In this document: positions 53,757 through 63,822 of the stretch, piece after piece | Position numbering within the stretch: position 1 is the first letter of the stretch | How the letters are laid out: every line of letters starts with the position of its first letter | Origin: Basidiobolus meristosporus CBS 931.73 | Lineage: Eukaryota > Fungi > Basidiobolomycota | Length of the DNA stretch: 64,000 nt | Direction: 5' to 3' | Assembly (NCBI GenBank): GCA_002104905.1 | Contig: MCFE01000086.1 | Span: forward strand, 114,048-178,047 | Notes under the pieces: generated by a model | Database searches by the model: none | Told to the model about the DNA's origin: nothing | Seen by the model: only the letters and a program-made list of their open reading frames with translations | Program-made: the position numbers and the translations under genes

Positions 53757-54910
53757 TCAGCGGAGATTATCCAGAGCTTTTTTGAACACAGTCCCTTTCC
53801 CATAATGTACAGATCTCCAGATGCCTCCAGTATTGATCAACACAATAGATATTGTGTAAATCCAATTCGTATAGAACGAACACAGCTTTCCAATCAAATA
53901 GACCATCATAGGAATATAATACAGAAGATGAAGAAGTATATATGTAAATATTCGCTGGGTTGCCCTATCCAACGTTCCAGGGATCTCGAGTTTCTCCGTA
54001 AATTCGCTTAGGTTATCAGTAGAGTTGGTACTAGTGCTATCGCTCTCCGAGCCTGTCCCGCTTAGAGCTCCAGCAGCATGTGTATATTCTTTAGATTTCT
54101 CAATGAGCTGAAGCATTCTTTCCGTAATTACGTTCAATCTGTTCATCACCATTAGATAGCTGCTGGTGATGAGCAAAAGTGAAATATATATGATAAGCAA
54201 AAAGTATGTGATGCTCAATCTCTCCCCGGAGTTTTGCTTGTCGTTAATGAAGCACCTTCAAACAGAATGTCAATCAGGCTGGATTGATAAAAGGATCTAT
54301 ATGAATTCCATTACCAATACGTGTCCTCACCAAAGCCGTCTAGTAGCTCACTGACAGTGGTGATCAAGGTTACTAAACAGATGCATCCAAATAGTAATTT
54401 CCAGTCGAATTTTCCGAAATCAATCTTATGGTTTCTACAAACTTTCAAGTAGGTAGAAAAGGCGATGGCACCCACCAAAAGAATATCCAGTAGCAACAAC
54501 GAGTAGCTCAGGAGTGCCAAAACGTTACAGAGTGTGCTATCGAGCGGCTTACCATGGAAGCTTGAGTACCCTAAATTGATGACACTCAAAGCCCCAAAGC
54601 CCAGACCAATACAAGCGCTATGATATGGAAATCTCAGGATCGGATTAGTCAATGTGGCGGAGGATCTATAGTTTGCCCAGGATACCCAGATAACATATGA
54701 GCTTCCAAACACATTCAGCAGTGAACTGGAAATCCCGCTGATGAGTACAAGAATGCTGCCTACACGATCTGTGGAATAGAAGTCAGCTTGCTGCGCCTCC
54801 TTTTGCTCCACTAGCTGACTATGGACACCTGGGAAAGTGGACAGAGCCCAAAGAAATAAGAAAAGATGCGACGTATACCTAGGATTTGTCGTATTGAACG
54901 AGGCACGCAT
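53757..54910 (-). CDS. 7-TM GPCR-like receptor (Git3/Gpr1 or cAMP-receptor-like)
   Basis: Signal peptide, successive hydrophobic helices, DTYW|CFI across an intron (typical ECL2 WC motif), Ser/Thr-rich ICL3, then IFTYILLHLLYYIP. The 3' end is uncertain. Confidence 0.7.
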
Positions 54911-56130
54911 TCCTTCAAGCTTCAGATTTCTTTCAACCCCAAGGTTAATTGAAGGGTGGAAAGGGGGGAAAGCAGGTTGGATCTACATGGACTCATAATA
55001 CGCTCCGTTGCATTTATAGGATGTAACAGAGATGAAACGATCATACAACTCTCCTAGCAAATGGGCTTACAGCCTAACAAGTTTCATCAACTCCGATCAA
55101 CAGATTGGCGCTGTCAGGGTAGAATACTTCCAATCTGCCAACTCGAAATACCTGGCACGCATGGCATGAAAAATGGAGAGGCCTATCAATCAATCCAGTG
55201 ACACACATCTCCAAGATTTGGCACCTCGTTAGGCGCACGGGATTTGGGTAAAGGTCCCGAGCGTTAGTAAACACTTCGGAAACTCATGAGGATCCAGACG
55301 TCATGGCGCTACTTCCCTACCACTCTGGTTACATATACCTGCTGAATATGCGAAATGCTTGAGGTGCTGGTAGCTCAATGATATCCCAAACCATCATGAC
55401 AGTACCTAGTTTGTTCTGTATTGCCCAGTCCCAAGTAGGTGCCCGAAATTCATACACAAAACCCCGAATGAGCATTTAGAAAAAGATGACACGGTGGAGC
55501 GATTCTCCAGATTATGGTACTGGCCAGAACACAAGAGTCAGGCTCGTTCAAGTGGAAATTCAGAAATCAGGTAAGACAGGCCCCCAGAGCTTTCGACATC
55601 TCTGGACCGATACTAGCTCGTCCCAAGGTTTAGGATGAGTTGTGTATGGGTTCCTATGGCAATAATTGGCTACTTACCACAATAGCTGGAGATTGGTTGC
55701 TGAGCGTGTATTCTAGTCTATGGTGTAAGATAACTATCGGGCTCATCCATGGCGATGATTCAGAGGTCAATTAATCGTGGGAATGCCAATGCATAATTAT
55801 GGATTCCTAGGAGCATTGATCGCGGTAGAGCAGGTCTAGTGCGTTGAGCATAGTAATTACCACATAAAAGGCAAATCTCCACAAAATACAATTCGGTCCA
55901 TTCTCAATGACAGCACAGGCGAAGCCCCCCAATTGGAATCGATACTGGTGTATGGGATACACGTGAGAGGTGTTACCTATATGGGCGAATCAGGTTTATT
56001 TGTGAACTGGATAAAGGCAGCAGAGGTCTGATATTACGCATTGCGTCAGGCGATGGAAGTAATATAAAGTTCAAGGCTGCCATTACGAAGACTTCACTCA
56101 TTGCATTAGCTCTTCTTTCAACCATCAGCC

Positions 56131-57711
56131 ATGCCACAGGATCTTGTACCTGTCACTCAATCACTTGGCGATATTTACGCTGAAGCACAATGCGATGAGC
56201 AGAGGTAGGTTGCTTCGATTGCTCAGTAAATTGGTATCACTTGTATCACGGACCTAATGACTACACACCATAGAAAGCGCTACCAGCACCTAATCGAACG
56301 ATTCGAGTCCATCTACGGTGCCAAACCCGACTTCATTGCTCGCTCACCAGGACGAGTAAATATCATTGGTGAGCATATTGACTATGCAGGATTTCCCGTC
56401 TTCCCAATGGCTGTAGATCGTGATTGTTTAATCGCAGTATCTGCAAGCACGTCCGACACTAAAGTGCGCATCTGCAACATCGACGAAGAGAAATATCCCG
56501 CACGTGAGTTTGACTATAGCAAAGAATGCATTGTAGAGATTGATGCCTCGATCCACGAATGGACCAACTACTTCAAGTCCGGTTACAAAGGGATGCTGGA
56601 GAGACTTGAATTGGATAAGGACCCAGTTGGTATGAACTGTTTAATGGATGGCTCGGTACCCAGCGGAGGGGGAATCTCGAGTTCTGCTGCCTTTGTTTGT
56701 ACCGCAGCCATGGCCACCATGAAGGCAAACAAGAAAAGCCTTGGAAAGTCAGATATCGTTCAAATTGCCATTGAATCAGAACGGTACGTTGGAGTAAACA
56801 GCGGTGGAATGGATCAGACAGCTTCAGTAATGTCACAAGCGGGTTCTGCCACATTCATTGAATTTGAACCAGAGTTCAGAACTATTCCAGTCAAGTTCCC
56901 TTCAACCCAACCGGCTGTCTCTTTTGTTGTGGCAAACACGATGGTGACCGCAGATAAAGTGGTATCTGCGCCTTACTGTTACAATTTAAGAGTGGTGGAA
57001 ACCAGCGTTGGGGCCATGTTGCTGGCCAAAGAATTGGGTCTTTTGGATAAACGCCCACAAACATTCAAACAGGTGATGGACATCTATTTCGCCGGACAGG
57101 ACGAGCCAAAATTTGCTTCTGAGACTGAACAATGGATTCATCGCCTCAATAAGATGCTTTGCTTAGTGGAGAAACACATTGTTAAACGTGAGGGGTACAC
57201 CGAATTGGAAATGTCTGAAGCAGTTGGACTCCCTGCAGACGAATTCGCTTCAAGATTTTTATCCAAATTCCCCGTTTCTGCCGAGCTATTCCAACTGTAC
57301 ACTCGAGCCATACACGTCTTCAGTGAATCCTTGAGGGTTGTAAGATTTCGCGATATATGTGAATCCACAAGGTCAACAGCGTCAAACGCCGAAGAAATTT
57401 TCACCAGGCTAGGCGATTTGATGAACCAAAGCCAGAAATCATGTCGGGAAAACTTCAATTGCTCTTGCTTAGAGCTTGATGAGCTGACAGAAATTAGTCG
57501 TGCAGCTGGAGCATATGGCTCTCGCTTGACTGGGGCGGGTTGGGGTGGTTGCACCGTCTCATTGGTACCTGAAGATAAGGTTGAATCATTTATTAGCAGA
57601 GTTAGTGAGGATTATTTCCGAAAGAAACAGCCAGGTATTACAGCAGAGCAACTTTCTAATGTAATATTTGCTTCTCGACCTTCAAGTGGCGCATATTTTT
57701 ACACCTTTTGA
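56131..57711 (+). CDS. GAL1: Galactokinase (GHMP kinase)
   Basis: Exon 1 is 56131-56204, with an in-frame intron at 56205-56273. Motifs SPGRVNIIGEHIDY, PSGGGISSSAA, SGGMDQ and GSRLTGAGWGG. Confidence 0.95.
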
Positions 57712-57834
57712 GAATGGGATACACTTTAAATAAATGTGATATCCAAGTTACTATCCATGATTAGCAGGAGGCAAAGTCAACACATTTGTGAAATCTTATT
57801 CCTAACTACTAATTGAAAAAACACTACAAAAATC

Positions 57835-57851
57835 TAGGGTTAGGGGGGGGG
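57835..57851 (+). repeat. Interstitial telomere stub TAGGGTTAGGG+G6 (probable former chromosome end)
   Basis: Same strand polarity as the terminal TTAGGG array, and it sits exactly at the start of the CpG-free repeat zone. Confidence 0.7.
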
Positions 57852-59151
57852 TGACAATCACCAACAGGTGAAATCTTTGTTTCAATAACTCCAAATAAAG
57901 AAGCCAATTACTAGATGGGCAGCTTTTCTACAAGCAAATAAGTGAAGGGTCATTTTGTGAAAACTTACAAGAAAGATCACTAAGCTAAAGAGGAGTTAAA
58001 ATGGAGTCTAGTAGTACTGGAGGGGTACCTGAAGAAAGAAGTGGCTTATCAACAATTGCAACCAAGTTATTTAGGTATGGATAGGAGGAAAGCAAGAATG
58101 GAGTATAGTAGCTGAGGTAGCTACTCTATAAAGTGGAGGTATATGTAGTGTTGGCAATCACTGGGTCTTTTGAGTCTGGAGATGATGGCTTGCCAGACTT
58201 CTTACAGCCTCTTGGATATTAGCCCACTCTTCATCATTGCACTCAATGGCTTCAAAGATCTTCAATGTCTTTTGATTTTAGGCTTTGGTATATATATCAG
58301 TCTCTCCCTCCCATAATGTGATAAGTTTTTCTGTGAGCTTTGTCATTGACCACTATTGTTGTGCTACAAAGACTGTATAGTGTTCCTCTGCTTTTGCAGT
58401 CAGAAATGGCACAACTCTGGTCTGTGACATTAAGCAATTTGAGTTCCTTGTTGGAAGCAAAGATACTGCATCCTTTACCTGGGATATTGATTGCTCTACA
58501 TGCATTATCTGCTCAGCCTGTCTCTGGACTGTTTCCTGATTTCTCTGGGCAATTGCATATGTACAATTTATTGTAAGAGTTTTGGAGATATTGGAAGTGA
58601 TTGGGAGGCCAAGTAGATTATGTGATTTTCACTTAAGGATTTATTGAATGTAAAAGTAGTATTTATACTTTACATGGTCTTGGCATAGCAAACACAAAAA
58701 ATAGGTTAAGAAAGTTCCCAAGAGCATGTGTGCAAAGCTTGAGGCTGTTTGGACAACTTATCTAATTTTCATGCTCTGGGTAAATATTCTAAGTAAATCC
58801 CAACAAGGAATTTGGTCAGTATTCTCTAGGATTTGAAGGTAATGATCTAAGTGACTAAGTTAGGTGAATATTTAGGTAGAATTACAAATTTTTACAACAC
58901 AATTAGCCAGTACACCTAATTGCCTCATTAATGCTTTGGTATGAGCTGACAACATACATGGTTATCCTTATGAAAAATAACTAGGTCCTATGGGCAAATC
59001 CAATCCAAATCATCCTTCAGGATCTCACAAAGTGGCCATGGTAATGCCAGCAGCATAGAGTTATTGACCATATTCCCAATCTTATGATGTGATTGTGTTG
59101 GTAGTTTGCTGATTTTATTGTCATGTAAAGCAATACACTTGATGGTGCTTT
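57843..59151 (-). mobile_element. Decayed copy A of an unidentified chromosome-end-associated element (interrupted by a solo LTR, truncated by nested LTRs)
   Basis: The 3' end is 30/32 identical to element B (57853-84 vs 63418-49). Its decayed translation aligns with the B protein, and the reading frame continues across the solo LTR. Confidence 0.75.
58569..58899 (-). mobile_element. Solo LTR of the adjacent copia family, with 5-bp TSD CAATT
   Basis: T(A/G)TTGTAAGAG...TTTACAACA, colinear with 59499-59847. CAATT flanks it at 58564-68 and 58900-04. Confidence 0.92.
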
Positions 59152-59285
59152 TGTTGTAAGAGTCTTGGAGAAATTGGCAGTGGTTGGGAGAGCTAGTAGA
59201 TTAAGTGGTTTTCACTTAATGATATATTGAGTGTAAAAGTAGTGTTTATACTTTTACATGGTCTTGGCATAAAAAACATGTAGAA
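59152..59285 (-). mobile_element. LTR fragment 1 (interrupted by the next LTR)
   Basis: Starts TGTTGTAAGAGTCTTGGAG, follows the LTR sequence for about 134 bp, then a new LTR start appears. Confidence 0.85.
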
Positions 59286-59498
59286 TGTTTTAAGAGACTT
59301 TGAAATATTGGAAGTGATTGGGAGCACAAGTAGATTATGTAGTTTTCACTTAGTGATTTATTGAATGTAAAAGTGGTATCTATACTCTTACATGGACATG
59401 CCATAGCAAGCACACTGAATAGGCTTAGGGAGGCCTCCAGAATATGTGCGCAAAGCTTGTGGCTGTTTGGACAACTTATCTAATTTTCATGTATTGGG
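59286..59498 (-). mobile_element. LTR fragment 2 (interrupted by the copia element)
   Basis: Starts TGTTTTAAGAG and is colinear with the LTR up to TTTTCATGTATTGGG, where the next LTR begins. Confidence 0.85.
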
Positions 59499-59847
59499 TG
59501 TTGTAAGAGTCTTGGAGATATTGGAAGTGATTGGGAGGACAAGTAGATTATGTGGTTTTCACTTAATGATTAATTGAATGTAAAAGTAGTATTTATACTT
59601 TTACCTAGTCTTGGCATTACAAACACGTAGAATAGGTTAAGGAAGGTCCCAAGAGCATGTGTGCAAAGTTTGGGGCTGTTTGGACAACTTTGAGAATTTT
59701 CATGTTCTGGGTACCAGGTATTTTGGTGAAAATATTCTAAGTAAATCCCAACAAGGAATTTGGTCAGTATTCTCTAGGATTTGAGGGTACTGATCTAAGT
59801 GACTAAGCTAGGTGAATATTCAGGTGGAAATACAAATTTTTACATCA

Positions 59848-59856
59848 CTCCCACTC
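59848..59856 (-). other. Polypurine tract of the copia element
   Basis: GAGTGGGAG lies immediately 5' of the 3' LTR start TGATGTAAAA on the minus strand. Confidence 0.85.
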
Positions 59857-59858
59857 AG

Positions 59859-62800
59859 CTAAATGTTCATACTGACTAGTCCTAATTTTGACCTAAGATA
59901 TTCAAACTTGTCTCTAGCTAATGGTTTGGTAAATATGTCTGCAATCATTTCATCTGTAGGACAGTAAACTAAGCTAACTAAGTTATTCTCTATAGCTTCA
60001 TGTATGAAATGATGTCTAATATCTATGTGCTTGGTTCTAGCATGAAAAGTTGGATTTCTACCTAATTGTATACATCCTTGATTATCTTGAAATAAAGTAA
60101 TAGGCGTTTTTTGACATAGGCCTAAATCTGTAAACAGCTTTCTTAACCACATTGCTTCTTTTGTAGCTTCACAGGCTGCCATATACTCTGCCTCTGTGGT
60201 GGAAAGTGCTATGGTTGGTTGCTTTCTTGAATTCCATGAAATTGCTCCTTTACAGTAAAGAAAGGTGTATCCTGTGGTGGATCTTCTGTCTTCTAAATTT
60301 TGTCCCCAATCAGCATCAGAGTATCCCACAAGATCTTGTTCTGAGTCCTTATAAGTGCATCTTAAGCAAATATCAGCAGTTCCTTTTAGGTATCTAAAAA
60401 TCCGCTTAACTGCTGCAATATGATCAGATCCATAGTTCTGATTATGTTGGCTGACAACTCTCACTGAATATGAGATATCTGGATGTGTTCCAAGCATGAT
60501 ATACATCAGACTGCTAACCATTGATTGATAAGGAAAGTCAGGGCTTTCAGATGACACCAAGCTCTCTTGATTTGGTTGTGTTTTGACCAAGTTAAGGTTT
60601 GTCTCCATTGGGGTAGCTGCCGGTTTACAGTCTTCCATTTGGTACTTCTTTGGTATATCTTGAATATACTTGGATTGGCTTAGGGTGATAGTCTGGGTAC
60701 TTCTGTTTATGGAGAACTTAATCTCTAAGTAGTAACTAAGTTCTCCTAAATCAGACATCTTGAACTCCTTAGATAGGCTGGATTTAGTTTCTTCCAATGT
60801 GTCTAGGTTATTGGCGGCTATAATAAGATCATCCACATATAGAGCTAATAGAACTGGATTTGCTCTATCTGGCTTATAGTATATACTATAGTCTGCATTA
60901 CTTCTTTTGAGACTCAAGGATTCCAAATAAGAATCTATCTTGCAATTCCAGGCTCTTGGTGATTGTTTGAGACCATATAGTGACTTTTTAAGCTTGCAGA
61001 CCAAATGGGGGTTATCTTGGTCAACAAACCCATCAGGCTGGCCCATATACACGTCCTCATCAAGTTCTCTAGTCAAAAATGCAGTTTTTACATCCATTTG
61101 ATGAATAAAAAACTTATATTTGGCTGCAATAGCCAATATTAATCTGATGGAATTAAACTTGGCTACCGGTGCAAAGGTCTCAGTATAGTCAAGTCCTTTT
61201 GTTTGAGAGTATCCTTTGGCTACAAGTCTTGCTTTGTATCTTTCAATTGTACCATCAGCCTTGTATTTTGTCTTGAAGACCCATCTGCATCCAATTGATT
61301 TTTGGTTGATTGGTAATTTGACTAAGTCCCAAGTTTGATTTTCCATCAGTGCCTTATATTCCTCAGTCATTGCAGATCTTCAAAACTTTGTGTGAGGGCT
61401 ATTTAGGGCCTATTTTACAGTCTGGGGCTCATCAATATGGACTGAATAGGCATAGGCTAAGTTTGTACCCTCATTGATATAGTAATTTGGGCTATTTCTT
61501 CTCTGATTTGATCTCCGGGCATTTGATACTGGAATGATCACTTCTGGGATATTCCTGGGCACTGATTCTGGCTGAACCATGGTTGTAGTCTCCTCTGGAG
61601 TGAAAAATTTTTCATTGTTTTGCTCTGATTCAATCCTGACAATTGGTGGACTTGAGATCAAATTTTTGTCATCATCTGATGTCATTTTTGTGAAAATTTT
61701 GAGTTTTGATCAAACAACACATCCCTGGACTTGATCAGCTTCTTTGCTTTGGTATTGTAGAGTCTGTATGCCTTACTCTCATTGCAGTAGCCCAAAAGTA
61801 TGCATTTTACACTTTTTAGCTCAAATTTTGACTGATTTCCGACCAGTTTTTTGGCATATGCTGTGCACCCAAATATTCTTAGATGTTCTGCACTTGGTCT
61901 GTATCCATACCATGCTTCAAATGGAGTAGAATCACAAAGTATTCTGTTATAACTCCTATTTTTAAGATATACAGCAGTGGCAACTGATTCCACCCAAAAA
62001 TCATAGGATAATTTTTGATCATGGATCATAGATCTTGCCATATCAATTATTGATCTGTTAGCTTGTTCTGCTACTCCATTTTGCTGTGGGGAGTATGGTA
62101 CAGTAGTCTCTTGCTTTATCCCATAAATTTTGCAGAAGTGGATGAAGAGTTTTGAGGTATATTCTCCACCATTGTCAGAGCGTATTTTCTTGATTTTTTC
62201 ACCAGTTTCTCTCTCCACCATGGCTTTAAACTCCCTGAGCTTAGACAGAGCTTCTTCCTTTCTCTCCATGAAGTAGACCAATGTGTATCTTGTTAAATCA
62301 TCAATAAAAGTGATTAAATACTTCATCCCACCTAAGGATAAATTTTGCATAGGTCCACACAGATCTGAGTGAATTAGATCTTATCTTTTATTAGTTTTGA
62401 TTAACCCAGAGCTCTTGAACGGTTGTCTGGCTTGTTTCCCATATATGCAGGCTTCACAGTGCTCCAAATTAGCTGGGGGATCAATTTTCACTCCAGAAAT
62501 TAGCTGATCTTTGATCATTTTGCGCAAATAATCAAAATTGATGTGCCCAAATCTCCTGTGCCAAAGCATTAATGTTTCTTCATTTAAGTTACTTATATTG
62601 GCTTCCAGATATGATGGAATATAAGTTGGCTTGTATAGATTCTGATCTCTGATGCCCAAAGCAATATGGGCACCATTTTGATCAGTGATCCTGCATCCAG
62701 AATTGTCAAAACTGAAACTGAGTCCTTCTGCTGTGGTCTTGCTTACAGAGAGCAGGTTCTTGGCTATTTCTGGTATATAGAGTACTTCTTTAAAGGTCAG

Positions 62801-63404
62801 TGTATGGCTTCCTTCACTGCTTCTAGGGTTTACTTGGATAGTTCCTTCTGCCACTGCATCCAGTGTTATATTGTCACCAATGAAAACCTTCTTAATTGGA
62901 ATTTCTTGATATTGGGTAAAAAGTTCTTTTTGGTGTGTAAAGTGTTGAGAAGCTCCAGAGTCAATATACCACATCTGAGAATCCTTGTTTGTGGTCATAT
63001 TTAGTGTAGATATGAATAGTCTATCTTCAGTTGTTGCAGCATTTCCATATTCAGGCTTCTTTTGCTGATAATCTCTCTTTTGAGACACCGGTCTGATGTG
63101 TGTCCTTTCCTTTTGCAGTAGTTGCAAAATAGGTTGCTGTTGCCTTTGTAAGGTCTGGGGTACCTCCTTTGTTGGTTATCATTGCTGATTAAAGCATTTT
63201 CTTCTTCCTTCTTATTGGCGCTTGATTTTCTTAATTCTTCATCCAGGAGCCTTCCATATACATAATTTAACGTCAAATCTTCAGTTCTGGACTCTGGGGC
63301 TGATACAAGGCCCTGAAACTCGTCTGTAAGGCTATTCAGGATGGTAACTATCACATCCTCATCAGTAGTTGGTATGCCCACAGATTCCATCTCATCTACC
63401 AGCA
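59859..63404 (-). pseudogene. Copia gag-pol, disrupted by frameshifts and stops
   Basis: CNYCKRKGHTSDRC knuckle; WYIDSGASQH protease; LWHRRFGH..CEACIYGK; DLIHSDLCGP..FIDDLTRY..IRSDNGGEY integrase; RYKARLVAKGY..QMDVKTAFL..LYVDD RT; YSDADW..TEAEY..TKHIDIR RNase H. Stops near 62381, 61410 and 61380; frameshifts near 63.1 and 61.68 kb. Confidence 0.95.
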
Positions 63405-63822
63405 GGGTAGGGGGGGAGACAGTCACCAACAGGTGAAATCTTTATTTCAGTTGAAACAAAGAAGCCAGCACTACTGTTGTAGCTTTGATACAAGAGTGTG
63501 TAGCTGAGGGGAATTTGTAGGTAAGTTAACAAGAAGTGATGATAGTTCTTCAGTGCTCAAGACACTGTTCAGTGGGAAGGGGGGTAGCAAGAGAGGTAAG
63601 AATGACTTGTGAACAACATTAATGAGGGGAATGTGATAAGGATTGATATTCATCATAAAGGGAGTGTGCTGCTGCAGATATTGCTGCCAAAGGTCTGTCA
63701 AGTACTTCAGATGGGCCAGCTTGGGTTTTTCTGACTGCAGAATATAGTGAGCAAACTTCTTGACTTCAGGATCTCCAAGTATAGTTCTCCAGCAGGAGTC
63801 AGGTGTAGTGTGGTGTGTTCTC
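63405..63822 (-). mobile_element. Copy B of the unidentified end-associated element, 5'-truncated and telomere-capped
   Basis: Joined to the broken gag through GGGTAGGGGGGG, shares its 3' end with copy A, and abuts (TTAGGG)n directly. Confidence 0.8.
63471..63821 (-). CDS. C-terminal 116 aa of the element-B protein (open at the telomere junction)
   Basis: Stop-free frame RTHHTTPDSCWRTILGDPEVKKFAHYILQSEKPKLAHLKYLTDLWQQYLQQHTPFMMNINPY...LVSKLQQ*, homologous to the decayed frame in copy A. Confidence 0.7.
   Translation of the reverse strand, partial: RTHHTTPDSCWRTILGDPEVKKFAHYILQSEKPKLAHLKYLTDLWQQYLQQHTPFMMNINPYHIPLINVVHKSFLPLLLPPFPLNSVLSTEELSSLLVNLPTNSPQLHTLVSKLQQ

Larger units (their letters stand above)
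59499..63404 (-). mobile_element. Ty1/copia LTR retrotransposon, 5'-truncated (no 5' LTR or PBS)
   Basis: Domain order gag-knuckle, PR, IN, RT-RH on the minus strand, then a PPT and a 3' LTR at 59499-59847 (TGATG...CAACA in sense). Gag is cut at about 63404. Confidence 0.95.

Noticed and set aside
56131-57711. GAL gene cluster
   Set aside because: No GAL7, GAL10 or permease genes are in the window.
57831-57871. Helitron 3' end (hairpin followed by CTAG on the minus strand)
   Set aside because: CTAG is followed by A rather than T, copy B has no CTAG at the equivalent position, and the C-rich tail is better explained as telomere complement.
58569-59847. CRISPR-like or satellite array
   Set aside because: The repeats are full or partial copies of one LTR with TG..CA ends and a TSD, with no repeat-spacer structure.
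63423-63445. CAACA-GGT as an LTR end plus primer-binding site, i.e. the copia 5' LTR
   Set aside because: It has no similarity to the real LTR (TGTTGTAAGAG...TTTACA(A/T)CA), is on the wrong side and strand for this element's PBS, and has no tRNA-complementary PBS.
57880-63822. Hammerhead ribozyme in the 3' ends of A and B (expected for Penelope-like elements)
   Set aside because: I could not find the CTGATGA...GAAA core in either 3' end, so PLE identity is not claimed.
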